DNA of 64,000 bases from Phormidesmis sp. (GTDB lineage: Bacteria; Cyanobacteriota; Cyanobacteriia; Leptolyngbyales; Leptolyngbyaceae): NCBI GenBank assembly GCA_965248535.1, contig CBDFJR010000005.1, positions 2,048,001 to 2,112,000 of the forward strand, in the 5' to 3' direction. The notes under the pieces were generated by a model that saw nothing but the letters and a program-made list of their open reading frames with translations, was not told the DNA's origin and did no database searches. The position numbers were made by a program, and so were the translations under genes. This document shows positions 9,316 through 19,626 of the stretch, one piece after another (position 1 is the stretch's first letter; each line of letters begins with the position of its first letter).

Positions 9316-9867
9316 ATGACCCTCACCACCGCCAAATGGACGCTAAACCAATATCACCAGATGATCGACGCTGGCATTCTAACCGATCGCCCCGTCGAGC
9401 TTTTGAATGGAGAAATCATTGAGATGTCACCCGAAGGAGAACCCCACGCCTACAGCAATACTGAAGCGCGAGACTATCTGATTGGCTTGCTAGGAGAACG
9501 CGCCAAAATCCGCGACGCTAAACCGATTAGCATCCCTAGCAGCAACTCTGAGCCAGAACCCGACCTAGCGATCGTGCTACCCCTAGGCAGAGCCTACCGA
9601 GAGCATCATCCCTACCCAGAAGACATTTTCTGGCTGATCGAGTTTTCTGACTCTAGCCTCAAAAAAGACCTTGACCCTAAAGCGAAACTCTATGCCGCCG
9701 CAGGAATCTTGGAATATTGGGTGGTCAACCTCAACGCTCAACAGGTTGTGGTGTTTCTGAATCCAGTTGACGGCAGCTATCAGTCAGAGCAGGTCTTAAC
9801 TCAAGGAACTATTTTTCCTTTATCATTTCCAGATATTGCGGTTTCTGTGCGGCGGCTTTTGGATTAG
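9316..9867 (+). CDS. Uma2 (DUF820) endonuclease
   Basis: VELLNGEIIEMSP, EPEPDL, KAKLYAAAGILEYWVVNL. Confidence 0.92.
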   Translation: MTLTTAKWTLNQYHQMIDAGILTDRPVELLNGEIIEMSPEGEPHAYSNTEARDYLIGLLGERAKIRDAKPISIPSSNSEPEPDLAIVLPLGRAYREHHPYPEDIFWLIEFSDSSLKKDLDPKAKLYAAAGILEYWVVNLNAQQVVVFLNPVDGSYQSEQVLTQGTIFPLSFPDIAVSVRRLLD

Positions 9868-9877
9868 GCGGGTAGCC

Positions 9878-9907
9878 AAAAGAAACCCCCTAGCGCAAGC
9901 TGGAGGG
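9878..9907 (-). terminator. Intrinsic terminator
   Basis: Minus strand CCCTCCAGC-TTGC-GCTAGGGGG followed by TTTCTTTT. Confidence 0.65.
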
Positions 9908-10232
9908 CGACACGCTGCCAAAACTTTTGCTCTAGGGGTCGATATTCTCGGCACGAGTTGACTGCCTAGCTAAGTGGATCAAACGAGGCAAAGCCTAAGT
10001 GGGATGCGTCGCGAATCGGGTCAAATCCGAGGCAAAGCCGCCTAGTGCTCCGGATGCTTGTGGGCGATCGGTTGTGATGATCATAGTTATAGAGCAGTGA
10101 TCAATTGCAAGACACAGCCGAATGGGAAACGCGCCAAGGTCAACTGCCTCAGAAACTTTTCGGCACACATGACATCCAAATAATCGATTCATTTTTAACG
10201 TCAGTTACAACATTAGTGATGACAGAGGTAGC

Positions 10233-10922
10233 TTATCCTTCGCTCTCGATTTTGGGTTCATGAATCGGTAGAAAGTTCCCATTAATTGAACCATCGTTTG
10301 AGCAATTCGAGGTATTTGATTCAGCAAGGCTACGCATCAAGGAGGACAAATTGTCGATGCTACATTGATTCCCGTTCCCAAGCAGCACAACAGCAAGGAT
10401 GAGAATCAACAGATTAAGCAAGGAGAGATTCCCCCTCGTGGCAAGACGTTGAACCCGCATCAACGTTCTCAGAAAGATAGCGATGCTCGATGGACGATAA
10501 GAGCTACTTCGGCTACAAAGATCACATCAGCATTGAACTTGCTGTGATGTGTTCATGATTCTTCAACTCCTCGAAGGTAGCGAAACGTTGAAGTTGATTA
10601 GTCACTAGTCACATGAGCCAGCAACCGCCCGTTAACGATCAGAAGCAGTCTAAGCAAGTCCAATCGATGTGTTTGGGTGTTGGGTGCGTGGCAAACTGCT
10701 GCGTTCGATTGGCATTCACAACGGCACAATTGGGATTGAAGAACTTGACCTACAACTTGTTGCGGTACACCTTCTTGGAAACGAAAGCAGTCGGTTAAGA
10801 AGTGGGAGCGAGTGATCTTGAATGGAGCCTTGAATCATATTGCTCAGGTGAATGAACGATCGGCTTACATAGCTCTCAGTCTCATTTTCCTGATTCGCTA
10901 AAAATCAATTAATCAGGTGCCC
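10233..10922 (+). mobile_element. IS5-family transposase remnant
   Basis: Frameshifted fragments GGQIVDATLIPVPKQHN, QKDSDARWT, SYFGYKDHI, LGLKNLTYNLLRY; possible end AATCAGGTGCCC at 10911-10922. Confidence 0.8.
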
Positions 10923-11030
10923 TTGTGTGATCTAGGGTTTGATCGTTGAATACATGCGTTCTGCCTTCTCTCTGCAACGATCGTCGAACTTGAGATGTGT
11001 TCTCTTGCAACTTCAAGGTAGCGTTAGTCA

Positions 11031-11780
11031 CTACACATCGACCAGACGATCGAGCAACCAATCGATCGCGCCCTCGACATCCGACACTTGCTCAACGGGT
11101 GGAGTGGGCGATCGCTGCACCATCACGATCGGGATCTCCAATTCCCGCGCAGCAATAATTTTTGCGTAGGTTGCACTGCCGCCACTGTTTTTGCTGACGA
11201 TCGTATCAATGGCGTGATCAAGCATCAAAGTTTTTTCCTGCTCGATCGTGAAAGGTGCCCGATCGAGCACTGTAATTCCGTGGGGGAGGGTGATATCGGG
11301 TGAAGGCGGATCAATCGATCGCATCAAAAACCAAATGTTGTGCAATCGGGCAAACAGGGCAAGTTGCTGTCGCCCGATCGTCAGAAACACCCGTTTGGCA
11401 GACTGTTCGAGAGCAAATACCGCTGCTTCGATACTCTGGACTTCGAGCCAGCGATCGCCCGATTGCTTCTCCCACGCGGGGCGGACGAGCATCAGGTGAG
11501 GAATGCCTATGTCACGGGTGGCGATCGCGGCATTGTGAGACATTTGAGACGCGAAGGGATGAGTCGCATCGATCAGATAGTCGATTTGGCGATCGCGGAG
11601 ATAGTCACTCAATCCGGCTACACCACCAAATCCGCCGACTCGAACTGATCCAGCGATCGCCGTTGGGTTTTGAGTGCGTCCGGCGAGTGATGTGATAACC
11701 TCAACATCAGGAATCTGAGACGCTTTCGCTGCGAGTGCCGCCGCGTCTCCTGTTCCGCCCAAAATTAAGACTCGTTTCAT
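11031..11780 (-). CDS. cobK: Precorrin-6A/cobalt-precorrin-6A reductase
   Basis: LILGGTGDA, VGGFGG, IDATHPFA, SKNSGG. Confidence 0.95.
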   Translation of the reverse strand: MKRVLILGGTGDAAALAAKASQIPDVEVITSLAGRTQNPTAIAGSVRVGGFGGVAGLSDYLRDRQIDYLIDATHPFASQMSHNAAIATRDIGIPHLMLVRPAWEKQSGDRWLEVQSIEAAVFALEQSAKRVFLTIGRQQLALFARLHNIWFLMRSIDPPSPDITLPHGITVLDRAPFTIEQEKTLMLDHAIDTIVSKNSGGSATYAKIIAARELEIPIVMVQRSPTPPVEQVSDVEGAIDWLLDRLVDV

Positions 11781-14700
11781 AGCTGGTTTTCGATAATGCC
11801 TTCTGCCTCAAGCGATAAATTTTGCAATCGGTTTATCGTTTCTTTTGCGAAACGTTTTTCCAGAGTCCGCGCTGATGGGCTTCTAATAACCGCTCTGACA
11901 TATCTCGCATTGCCCAGGGATTATTTTCTTGAATAAATTCCTGCACAGATGAGTCAAACAAATAGGTTTCGGCAATGCCTTGATACATAAAGTCTTGAAC
12001 ACAGTTTGTTGTTGCATCGTAGGCAAATAAGTAATCGATCGTCGCTGCCATCTCAAACGCGCCTTTATAGCCGTGGCGCATGGCACCCGCGATCCATTTG
12101 GGGTTGACGACTCTAGCGCGATAAACGCGACTAATTTCTTCGGTGAGTTGCCGAACTTTTGGCTGATCGGGACGCGAATTATCCCCAAAATAAACGTCGG
12201 GTTGTTTGCCAGAAATCGACTTAACAGCCGCCGTTAACCCGCCCTGAAATTGATAATAATCATCAGAATCGAGTAAATCATGTTCTCGATTGTCCTGATT
12301 TTGCAGAACAATTTGCATCGTGTTTAGACGTTGATTGAATGCTTCGGGGGCTGATGTTCCGTTTGATTTACGGGTGTAGGCGTAAGCACTCCAGTTAATA
12401 TATGCCTGAGCTAAGTCATTTTCATCTGTCCAGTTTTGTGACTCAATTACGCCTTGCAATCCGGCTCCATAAGCGCTGGGTTTTGAGCCAAAAATGCGAT
12501 ACAGCGATCGTTCTTTCGCGTCTTCTGGAGTGAGTCCTTGGGATTCCCAATACGTCCGCTCTTGCGTTGCTTGTGCCGATAATGGGTTTTCATCATCGGA
12601 TTCATCAAGCTGTGCAACGGCTGTGACTGCGCTATCAAATAAATCAATTAAGTTGGGAAAGGCATCTCGAAAAAATCCAGAGATTCGTAATGTGACATCG
12701 ACACGGGGCCGCCCGATCGCCGAGAGGGGCAAAATCTCAAAATCGACGACGCGACGAGACACGCCATCCCACACAGGTTTGACTCCTAGCAGGGCAAGCG
12801 CCTCTGCGATGTCGTCGCCGCCCGTTCGCATGGTTGAGGTGCCCCACACCGATAAGCCTAGTGTTTTGGGATAGTCGCCATTTTCTTGGGTGTAGCGTTC
12901 GACTAAGGCTTCTGCGGCTTTTCTGCCAATCTCCCACGCGGTTTCAGTCGGGATGGCGCGAATATCGACCGAGTAAAAATTGCGTCCGGTGGGCAGCACT
13001 TCGGGTCTGCCGCGAGTCGGTGCGCCGGATGCGCCGCTGGGCACATACTGCCCGTTGAGTCCTTTGAGGAGATTGAGAATCTCTTGATCGGTTTTTTGCA
13101 ACGCTGGAAGTAAGCGATCGTGAATCCAGTCTAATTCTCGAATCGTCGCGGCTCCAATATCTAAAAATTCTTCACCCTGCATCAGTTGAGTGATCAAATC
13201 TGCCGCAAATTCTTCAATCACTTCTACAACATCGCCGATAACTCGGCAGTGGTGGATTTTAGAATGATTTTTTTCACAAAGCAATTCACCTAAATCAGCC
13301 GTGAGCGGATCTAAATCTAGCTGCCAATCTTCAGCAATAGCGCGGGTTAAGCCGATTCGATTAGCGCTGGGATTACGGGCGATCGCAACAATCAAATCTC
13401 TTAGCTGTCTGTCTTGAGGACACTGACCCAGAATATGCAGCCCGTCTCGAATTTGAGATTCTTTTAGCTCACAGAGATAGCCGTCTGCGGTCTTGAGAAA
13501 ACTCGCCAGACTCGACTCATCTAATGCCGAACTTGCGATGCCTAAATCTTGATGGAGATTTTCTTGAATGATCAGTTGAGAAAGCCGATCGCTAATCAAT
13601 TTCAGTCGCGATGGATCTAGTGTTTGGGCTTCATAATATTCGTCAATCAATCCTTCGACTTGGTGCAAGTTACCGTAGAGTTCCGCTCGCGTCATCGGGG
13701 GCGTTAAGTGATCGATAATTACGGCTTGCGTGCGGCGTTTCGCTTGTGATCCTTCACCCGGATCGTTAACGATAAACGGGTATAAATGCGGCATCGCCCC
13801 AAACACTGCTTCGGGATAGCAGGCTTCAGAGAGCGCCACGCTTTTTCCAGGCAGCCATTCTAAGTTGCCGTGTTTGCCGACGTGCACGATCGCGTGTGCC
13901 CCAAACTGAGATCGAATCCAGTGATAAAACGCCAGATAGTTGTGGGGTGGCTCTAAATCGGGTGCGTGATAGTTGAGAGACGGGTCACGATCGTAGCCCC
14001 GCGCAGGTTGCACACCGACAAACACGTTACCAAACTGAATTCCTGGAATGGGAAATGCAGTGGTTTCTTCAGGCGAACCCCAACGAGTTTGAATACCCGA
14101 TTGAACGGCAGCAGGCAACGAATCAAATTGAGATTGATAATCGTCAAGCGGAAGTGATTGCCGCACATTTCTCAACGTCCAACCTTCAGGATCGTTAGTG
14201 ACTCCGGTAGTAAGTAATTGAATCAGTTCTTTATCACTATTGGGAATATTTTCGACATCATATCCGGCGAGTTTTAGAGCTTTGAGAATCTCGATGCAGC
14301 TTGCCGGAGTGTCTAATCCAACGCCATTCGCTAATCGTCCGTCACGAGTCGGGTAGTTGGCTAAAATTAGCGCGATCTTCCGATCGTTTGGCTGAGTTTG
14401 CCGCAGCTTAATCCAATTCGCGGCTAACTCAGAAACAAACTCAATGCGAGACAGAACAGGCTCATATCCCACAACATCGGTTTGCAATAATGGATTCTGA
14501 GTTTGAACTGCCTTAAACGAAACGGCTCTCGTAATAATGCGTCCATCCACTTCTGGTAAGGCGACATTCATCGCCATATCTTTCGGTGATAACCCCTGAA
14601 AGCCAGATGCCCACTGTCCTTGAGTTCCGCCACTAAAAATCACTTGAAATACGGGGACATTTAGCGTTTCCCAGAGTTCAACTTGAGGGGTTTCTGACTC

Positions 14701-15498
14701 TAATCGAGCCAGCGAAAAACTCGTCGTGTTGAAGAGTAACTCAATGCCCCGATCGCAGTAGTTCAGCAGTTCTTTTTGCACATCAGGCTCTTTAAGCGAC
14801 GACACAAAAATCGGCACAGGCGTTAGATTTCGCTTAATCAACGCATCACACATGGCATCAATCACGGCTGTGTTTCCAGACAAATAATGAGCGCGATAAA
14901 ATAAAATCCCGACTCCAGAGTGAATCGTTGATTCTACTAATTTTTGCTGCCCACCATAGATGCCAATTCGCGGCACAGGCTGCGGCGCATTAAACGCATA
15001 CGTTTGATTTAAGAAATAAGTTGAAACAAATTTAAGCAGATTGCAATAATTATCAACGCCGCCTTCTAAAAAGTATTTCCAAACCTGATTAACTTCGGTT
15101 AACGAAACCGTTGAATGACTCATTAAATTGGGATCAGGTCGTTCATCTCCCGGCAAAATAATGAGTTTTGCGCCCGTTTGTTTTGCCGTTTCTTCAACAA
15201 CTTCTAGCCCATAACTCCAATACGATCGCCCCCCAATTACCCGGACAATAATTATTTTCGCCTCGCTCAACACATCTTCGGCATAGGTGTCGATCGTGAG
15301 TTGCTGTTGCAGTTGCAGCAAATTGACCACCCGCAGGGCTGCAAACCCGTCGGGTAGCTGAGATGCAGCCGCCGCAAGGGTTTGAATGTCGGTGTCAGCC
15401 GCCGTAATCACCACGATCGGCGCAGGCTGCTGTTCGACAAAAATCACGCCTTCTGCGGCGGGGTTCCACCCTCCAGGAATCGTTGCGAGACGGTGCAT
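11777..15498 (-). CDS. cobN: Cobaltochelatase CobN (apparent frameshift near the 3' end; ORF as read stops at 11833)
   Basis: MHRLAT, NGVGLDTPAS, HVGKHGNLEWLPGK, LPTGRNFYSVD, RVVNPKWI. The typical LEAEGIIE tail lies in another frame ending at 11777. Confidence 0.93.
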
Positions 15499-15579
15499 AA
15501 GCGTTGGAGATTGCGTTTATAGTGAGGAAGTGCGATCGCCCGAAGGCTTTTTCCATCTTACAGGCAGAACGATTGACCT

Positions 15580-16980
15580 ATGGCGATGATCATTGCAGGA
15601 GAACGCAGCGGAGTCGGCAAAACCACCGTCACGTTGGCGCTGTTAGCCGCGTTGGAGCGTCGCAGTCAGGCCGTGCAGTCGTTTAAAGTGGGCCCTGATT
15701 ATATCGATCCGATGTTTCATCGCCATGTGACAAAACGGGCGTGTCGTAATCTTGATCCGGTTCTGACCTCAGAAGATTATGTACAGCAGTGTTTTGCTCA
15801 ACACAGTCAAACTGCTGAATATTCCTTAATTGAGGGAGTCATGGGCTTGTTTGATGGAGCCAGCGGATCAGATGATTTTGGCAGCACGGCTCACGTCGCC
15901 CGACTGTTGGATTTGCCCGTTTTGCTGATTCTAAATTGCAGTAGTTTGGCACGATCGATAGCCGCGATCGCCCATGGTTATCGCAGTTTTGATCCGCGTG
16001 TTGACGTTGCGGGAGTCGTGCTCAATCGAGTCGGCAGCGATCGTCATTTAGAATTACTCACCGCCGCTTTAGAGCCGTTGAATCTGCCCATTTTGGGGGT
16101 TTTGCGTCGTCAAGATGACATTACAATCCCCGATCGTCATTTAGGGTTGGTGCCCACCGCAGAGCTTGAGAATCTAAATTCGCTGCTCGATCGCTTGGCT
16201 GATTTAGGAGAAACCTGCTTCGATTGGTCGCGATTGTTGCCCTTACTCAGCAGTGAACATATAGAGAAAGAAGAGTCTAAAGCTCAACCTTCAACCTCTA
16301 AAATTCGCGTTGCTGTTGCTTACGATTCTGCATTTAGTTTTTATTATGCTGACAATCTAGATTTGTTAGAACAACTTGGTGCAGAACTGGTTTATTGGAG
16401 TCCATTAAACGACTCTGCATTGCCAGAAGGGACGCAGGGATTATATTTTGGGGGTGGATTTCCAGAAGTGTTTGCAACTGAATTGGCGAACAATCACTTG
16501 GCGCGATGTGCTGTTAAAACTGCCATTCAATCTAATATGCCGACCTATGCCGAGTGCGGCGGACTGATGTATCTATGTGAACAAATTGTTGATTTTGCTG
16601 GACAATCTCATCCGATGGTGGGCATCTTACCCACTACAGCAATCATGGGGAAAAAATTAACGTTGGGCTATCGGCACGCCACCGTGATGCAAAATAGTCT
16701 AATGATGAACAAGGGCGATCGGGCGTGGGGTCACGAATTTCACCGATCGACCTTAACTCACGAGTCAGATCAGCCCCTTTTCAATCTTGAAGGCTATCAC
16801 TCCGGCATTCCCCTTAGGTCAGAGGGCTGGCAGTGTTACCAAGTTCATGCGTCCTATACTCACTTACATTTCGGCGCACAGCCAGAGTTTCTCAAGCGAT
16901 TTTTGCGCCAATGCTCACAGGTTAGGCTCACGCCTCTGCAAAAAACGAGCGAGAGCCACCAACGATCGATCGTGCCCTGA
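15580..16980 (+). CDS. cobB: Cobyrinate a,c-diamide synthase (CobB/CbiA)
   Basis: SGVGKTT, FKVGPDYIDP, EGVMGLFDG, RHLGLVP, AECGGLMYL, GHEFH. Confidence 0.95.
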   Translation: MAMIIAGERSGVGKTTVTLALLAALERRSQAVQSFKVGPDYIDPMFHRHVTKRACRNLDPVLTSEDYVQQCFAQHSQTAEYSLIEGVMGLFDGASGSDDFGSTAHVARLLDLPVLLILNCSSLARSIAAIAHGYRSFDPRVDVAGVVLNRVGSDRHLELLTAALEPLNLPILGVLRRQDDITIPDRHLGLVPTAELENLNSLLDRLADLGETCFDWSRLLPLLSSEHIEKEESKAQPSTSKIRVAVAYDSAFSFYYADNLDLLEQLGAELVYWSPLNDSALPEGTQGLYFGGGFPEVFATELANNHLARCAVKTAIQSNMPTYAECGGLMYLCEQIVDFAGQSHPMVGILPTTAIMGKKLTLGYRHATVMQNSLMMNKGDRAWGHEFHRSTLTHESDQPLFNLEGYHSGIPLRSEGWQCYQVHASYTHLHFGAQPEFLKRFLRQCSQVRLTPLQKTSESHQRSIVP

Positions 16981-17062
16981 TATACTGTTTAAGGCGATTT
17001 GAAATTCTCCCTTCAGCCTGTCCTTGATTGCGCTCACCGATTTCTGCTGGATGATTGATTTG

Positions 17063-18130
17063 ATGCACAAGACTTATGACCTTCATGTTGTTGAGACCAG
17101 AACGTTAATGGCTCCAACAGCACTCAAAGAAGAAATTCCGTTGACCGAAACGGCGGCGGCGCTGGTGGCGACAACCCGCGATCGCATCCGCAAAATTCTC
17201 AACCGTGAAGACGATCGCTTGCTGGTGATTGTCGGCCCTTGCTCGATTCATGACGTGGATGCTGCCTATGAATATGGGCAAAAGTTGATGCACTTGCGAA
17301 ATGAACTGTCCGATCGCTTAGAGATCGTGATGCGCGTCTATTTTGAGAAACCCCGCACCACCACAGGCTGGAAAGGTCTGATCAACGATCCCCATTTAGA
17401 TGAGAGCTATGACATCAACACCGGGTTGCGAACCGCTCGCAAACTGTTGCTCGATCTCGCCCATTTAGGAATGCCCAGCGCTACTGAATTGCTCGATCCG
17501 ATCATTCCCCAATATATTGCTGATGTGATTACGTGGAGCGCGATCGGGGCCCGCACCACCGAGAGCCAAACCCACCGCGAAATGGCTTCCGGCTTATCGA
17601 TGCCCGTCGGTTTCAAGAACAGCACTGACGGAAATCTGTTAACCGCCATTCACGCAATTCTTGCGGCCAACCATCCTCACCACTTTTTAGGCATCAATGC
17701 CCAAGGGTTGGCTAGCATCGTCGCGACGACAGGCAACCCCGACTGTCACATCATCTTGCGCGGTGGCAAAGGCGGAACCAATTACGGCGCGGCCGACCTC
17801 GAAGAAGCCGTTAGCCAACTGATCAAGCAGGGCATTTCGACCCCGGTGATGGTCGATTGCAGCCACGGCAACAGCAGCAAAGATCACAATCGGCAAACGA
17901 TCGTGCTTCAGTCGATCGCCGAGCAAATCGCAGGCGGCTCTCGTCACTGCATGGGCGTGATGATCGAGAGTCATCTCGTGGCCGGAAATCAGTCGATTCC
18001 TGCCGATTTGAGTCAACTCACCTATGGGCAAAGCGTCACTGATGCCTGTGTTGACTTTGGCACGACGGTTCCAATGCTGCGAGAACTTGCCCGATCAGTA
18101 AAAGTTCAGCCTCAGGCGATTCCGGTCTAA
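17063..18130 (+). CDS. DAHP synthase, class I-alpha (AroF/G/H type)
   Basis: VGPCSIHD, RVYFEKPRTTTGWKGLINDP, IGARTTESQTHRE, DCSHGNS; start uncertain (17024-17063). Confidence 0.93.
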   Translation: MHKTYDLHVVETRTLMAPTALKEEIPLTETAAALVATTRDRIRKILNREDDRLLVIVGPCSIHDVDAAYEYGQKLMHLRNELSDRLEIVMRVYFEKPRTTTGWKGLINDPHLDESYDINTGLRTARKLLLDLAHLGMPSATELLDPIIPQYIADVITWSAIGARTTESQTHREMASGLSMPVGFKNSTDGNLLTAIHAILAANHPHHFLGINAQGLASIVATTGNPDCHIILRGGKGGTNYGAADLEEAVSQLIKQGISTPVMVDCSHGNSSKDHNRQTIVLQSIAEQIAGGSRHCMGVMIESHLVAGNQSIPADLSQLTYGQSVTDACVDFGTTVPMLRELARSVKVQPQAIPV

Positions 18131-18144
18131 CTTCAAAATGCCCT

Positions 18145-18792
18145 TTAGCTGAGTTGTTGAAACTGAGTCATCAGCCAAGCTCCGACTTGCGACTGATCGG
18201 CTTCGCGACTTTGCCGAAGGGCTTGTTCTAGGGTAGCGATGACCAATCCGGGTAAGACTTGCGATTCATCAATGCGTTTGCTGCCGCGATCGATCATCTG
18301 AAATGCTAGAATTTCTGCTTTTTCGACATCTACGACCCAATATTCAGAGACACCTAATTCTTCGTATAAGGTGCGTTTGTTGCCCCGATCGTCGAGCAGT
18401 GTTGTTTTAGAAACCTCAATCACGAGGTTAGGAACAGGATACAAATCGAGATTCACAACGTTTGTACCGGGCGGAACGGATTGGGCGCGTTCGCCAACAT
18501 AATAAGACACATCAGGTTGAAATTCCTGCAAACCTGCTCTACGAAATGAGCAGTTATCAAGTCCGCGCAGTGAAATTCCTTTAACGATCCCAAATAGACC
18601 GACTGCCAAAATGATGACAGTGTGATCATCTGCGTGATCGCGTCCAACTGATGCCATCTCAATCCTCATGTGCCCTTGATAGTAGTAGCCTTTTGCTTTT
18701 TCGTAGGTGGGATCAGCGATCGTCTGAAGATAGTCCTCCCACGATGCAGGAACCCAGGCATCAGTCACTAGCTTGGCTTTGAGTTCTACCAT
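18145..18792 (-). CDS. Uma2 (DUF820) endonuclease
   Basis: QPDVSYY, PNLVIEVSKTTL, KRTLYEELGVSEYWVVDV. Confidence 0.9.
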   Translation of the reverse strand: MVELKAKLVTDAWVPASWEDYLQTIADPTYEKAKGYYYQGHMRIEMASVGRDHADDHTVIILAVGLFGIVKGISLRGLDNCSFRRAGLQEFQPDVSYYVGERAQSVPPGTNVVNLDLYPVPNLVIEVSKTTLLDDRGNKRTLYEELGVSEYWVVDVEKAEILAFQMIDRGSKRIDESQVLPGLVIATLEQALRQSREADQSQVGAWLMTQFQQLS

Positions 18793-18796
18793 TGCT

Positions 18797-19570
18797 TCAT
18801 TCGCCTTCGATCAAGAGTTCAGCCATCACACCATTATGATCGCTCATCTCGATCGCACCTGCGAAGTTTTCCCACGCTGAAACTCGGTCGATTTCTGCAA
18901 AGCCTTGACTGATGCAGATGTGGCTAACGGTTTGGCGTTTCAATGCAAAATCTTTTGTCGTAATACACTCTAGATGACTGCGATCGAGTTGCTCGGTCAA
19001 CAAGTCCTCTACTTCTGGAATGCTGTACCAACCTGACTTGTTTCTCGACTGATTGAAGTCACCTGCAACACATAACGCATGATTGGGATACTTCTGACTG
19101 AGGGTTTCCCAATCGTTTCCTTGGTGGTCGATCGCGGCTTTATGTTTTTCCCAGAGAGCCACATAAGCTTGACCAGGTGCAAGCTTTTCTTTGCTCACAA
19201 CTTGTTCATTCTTAAATGGAATGATGGTTCCATAGACAAGTAGAGGACGATTAGAATCTACCTCTAGGGAAACGCAGGCAGTTTCATAAGTTTGGGATTC
19301 TAGCCGGATTTCTTGGTGAGGAAACCGAGAGCAAATCATCACATCAGCATTTCCCTTAACTTTTATTGACTTATATTCTTGAGAAGTCGTCACATGGTAA
19401 TCAGGTAATAAATCAGCCGCCAGTTGATTGCCACGTATGACTTCTGTAAATATCCAAATATCGGCATTTATTTCTTGAATCTTTTGTTTAATCAAATCTT
19501 TTTTCTCCCGACTACCGGGGGTTAATTTATTGAGATTCCAGGTGGCGATCGTCAACATAAATTTGCTCAA
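18797..19570 (-). CDS. Endonuclease/exonuclease/phosphatase (EEP) family protein
   Basis: IATWNL, ADIWIFTE, VAGDFN, SDHNGV. Confidence 0.85.
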   Translation of the reverse strand: MSKFMLTIATWNLNKLTPGSREKKDLIKQKIQEINADIWIFTEVIRGNQLAADLLPDYHVTTSQEYKSIKVKGNADVMICSRFPHQEIRLESQTYETACVSLEVDSNRPLLVYGTIIPFKNEQVVSKEKLAPGQAYVALWEKHKAAIDHQGNDWETLSQKYPNHALCVAGDFNQSRNKSGWYSIPEVEDLLTEQLDRSHLECITTKDFALKRQTVSHICISQGFAEIDRVSAWENFAGAIEMSDHNGVMAELLIEGE

Positions 19571-19626
19571 AAAAAGGGACGTGATTGCTCACATCCCTAA
19601 TCTTCCCTTGAAGTTAAAGCGATTGA

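Noticed and set aside
9980..10060. c-di-GMP-I or cobalamin riboswitch
   Set aside because: GGCAAA/GCAAAGCC words are present, but I could not build the GNRA stem or a B12 box, and no gene follows.
6741..10923. Composite IS5 transposon carrying bioA-birA (AGGGCACCTCGATT at 6741 vs AATCAGGTGCCCT at 10911)
   Set aside because: Short gapped match with no target duplication; the left motif is explained as the GNAT RBS.
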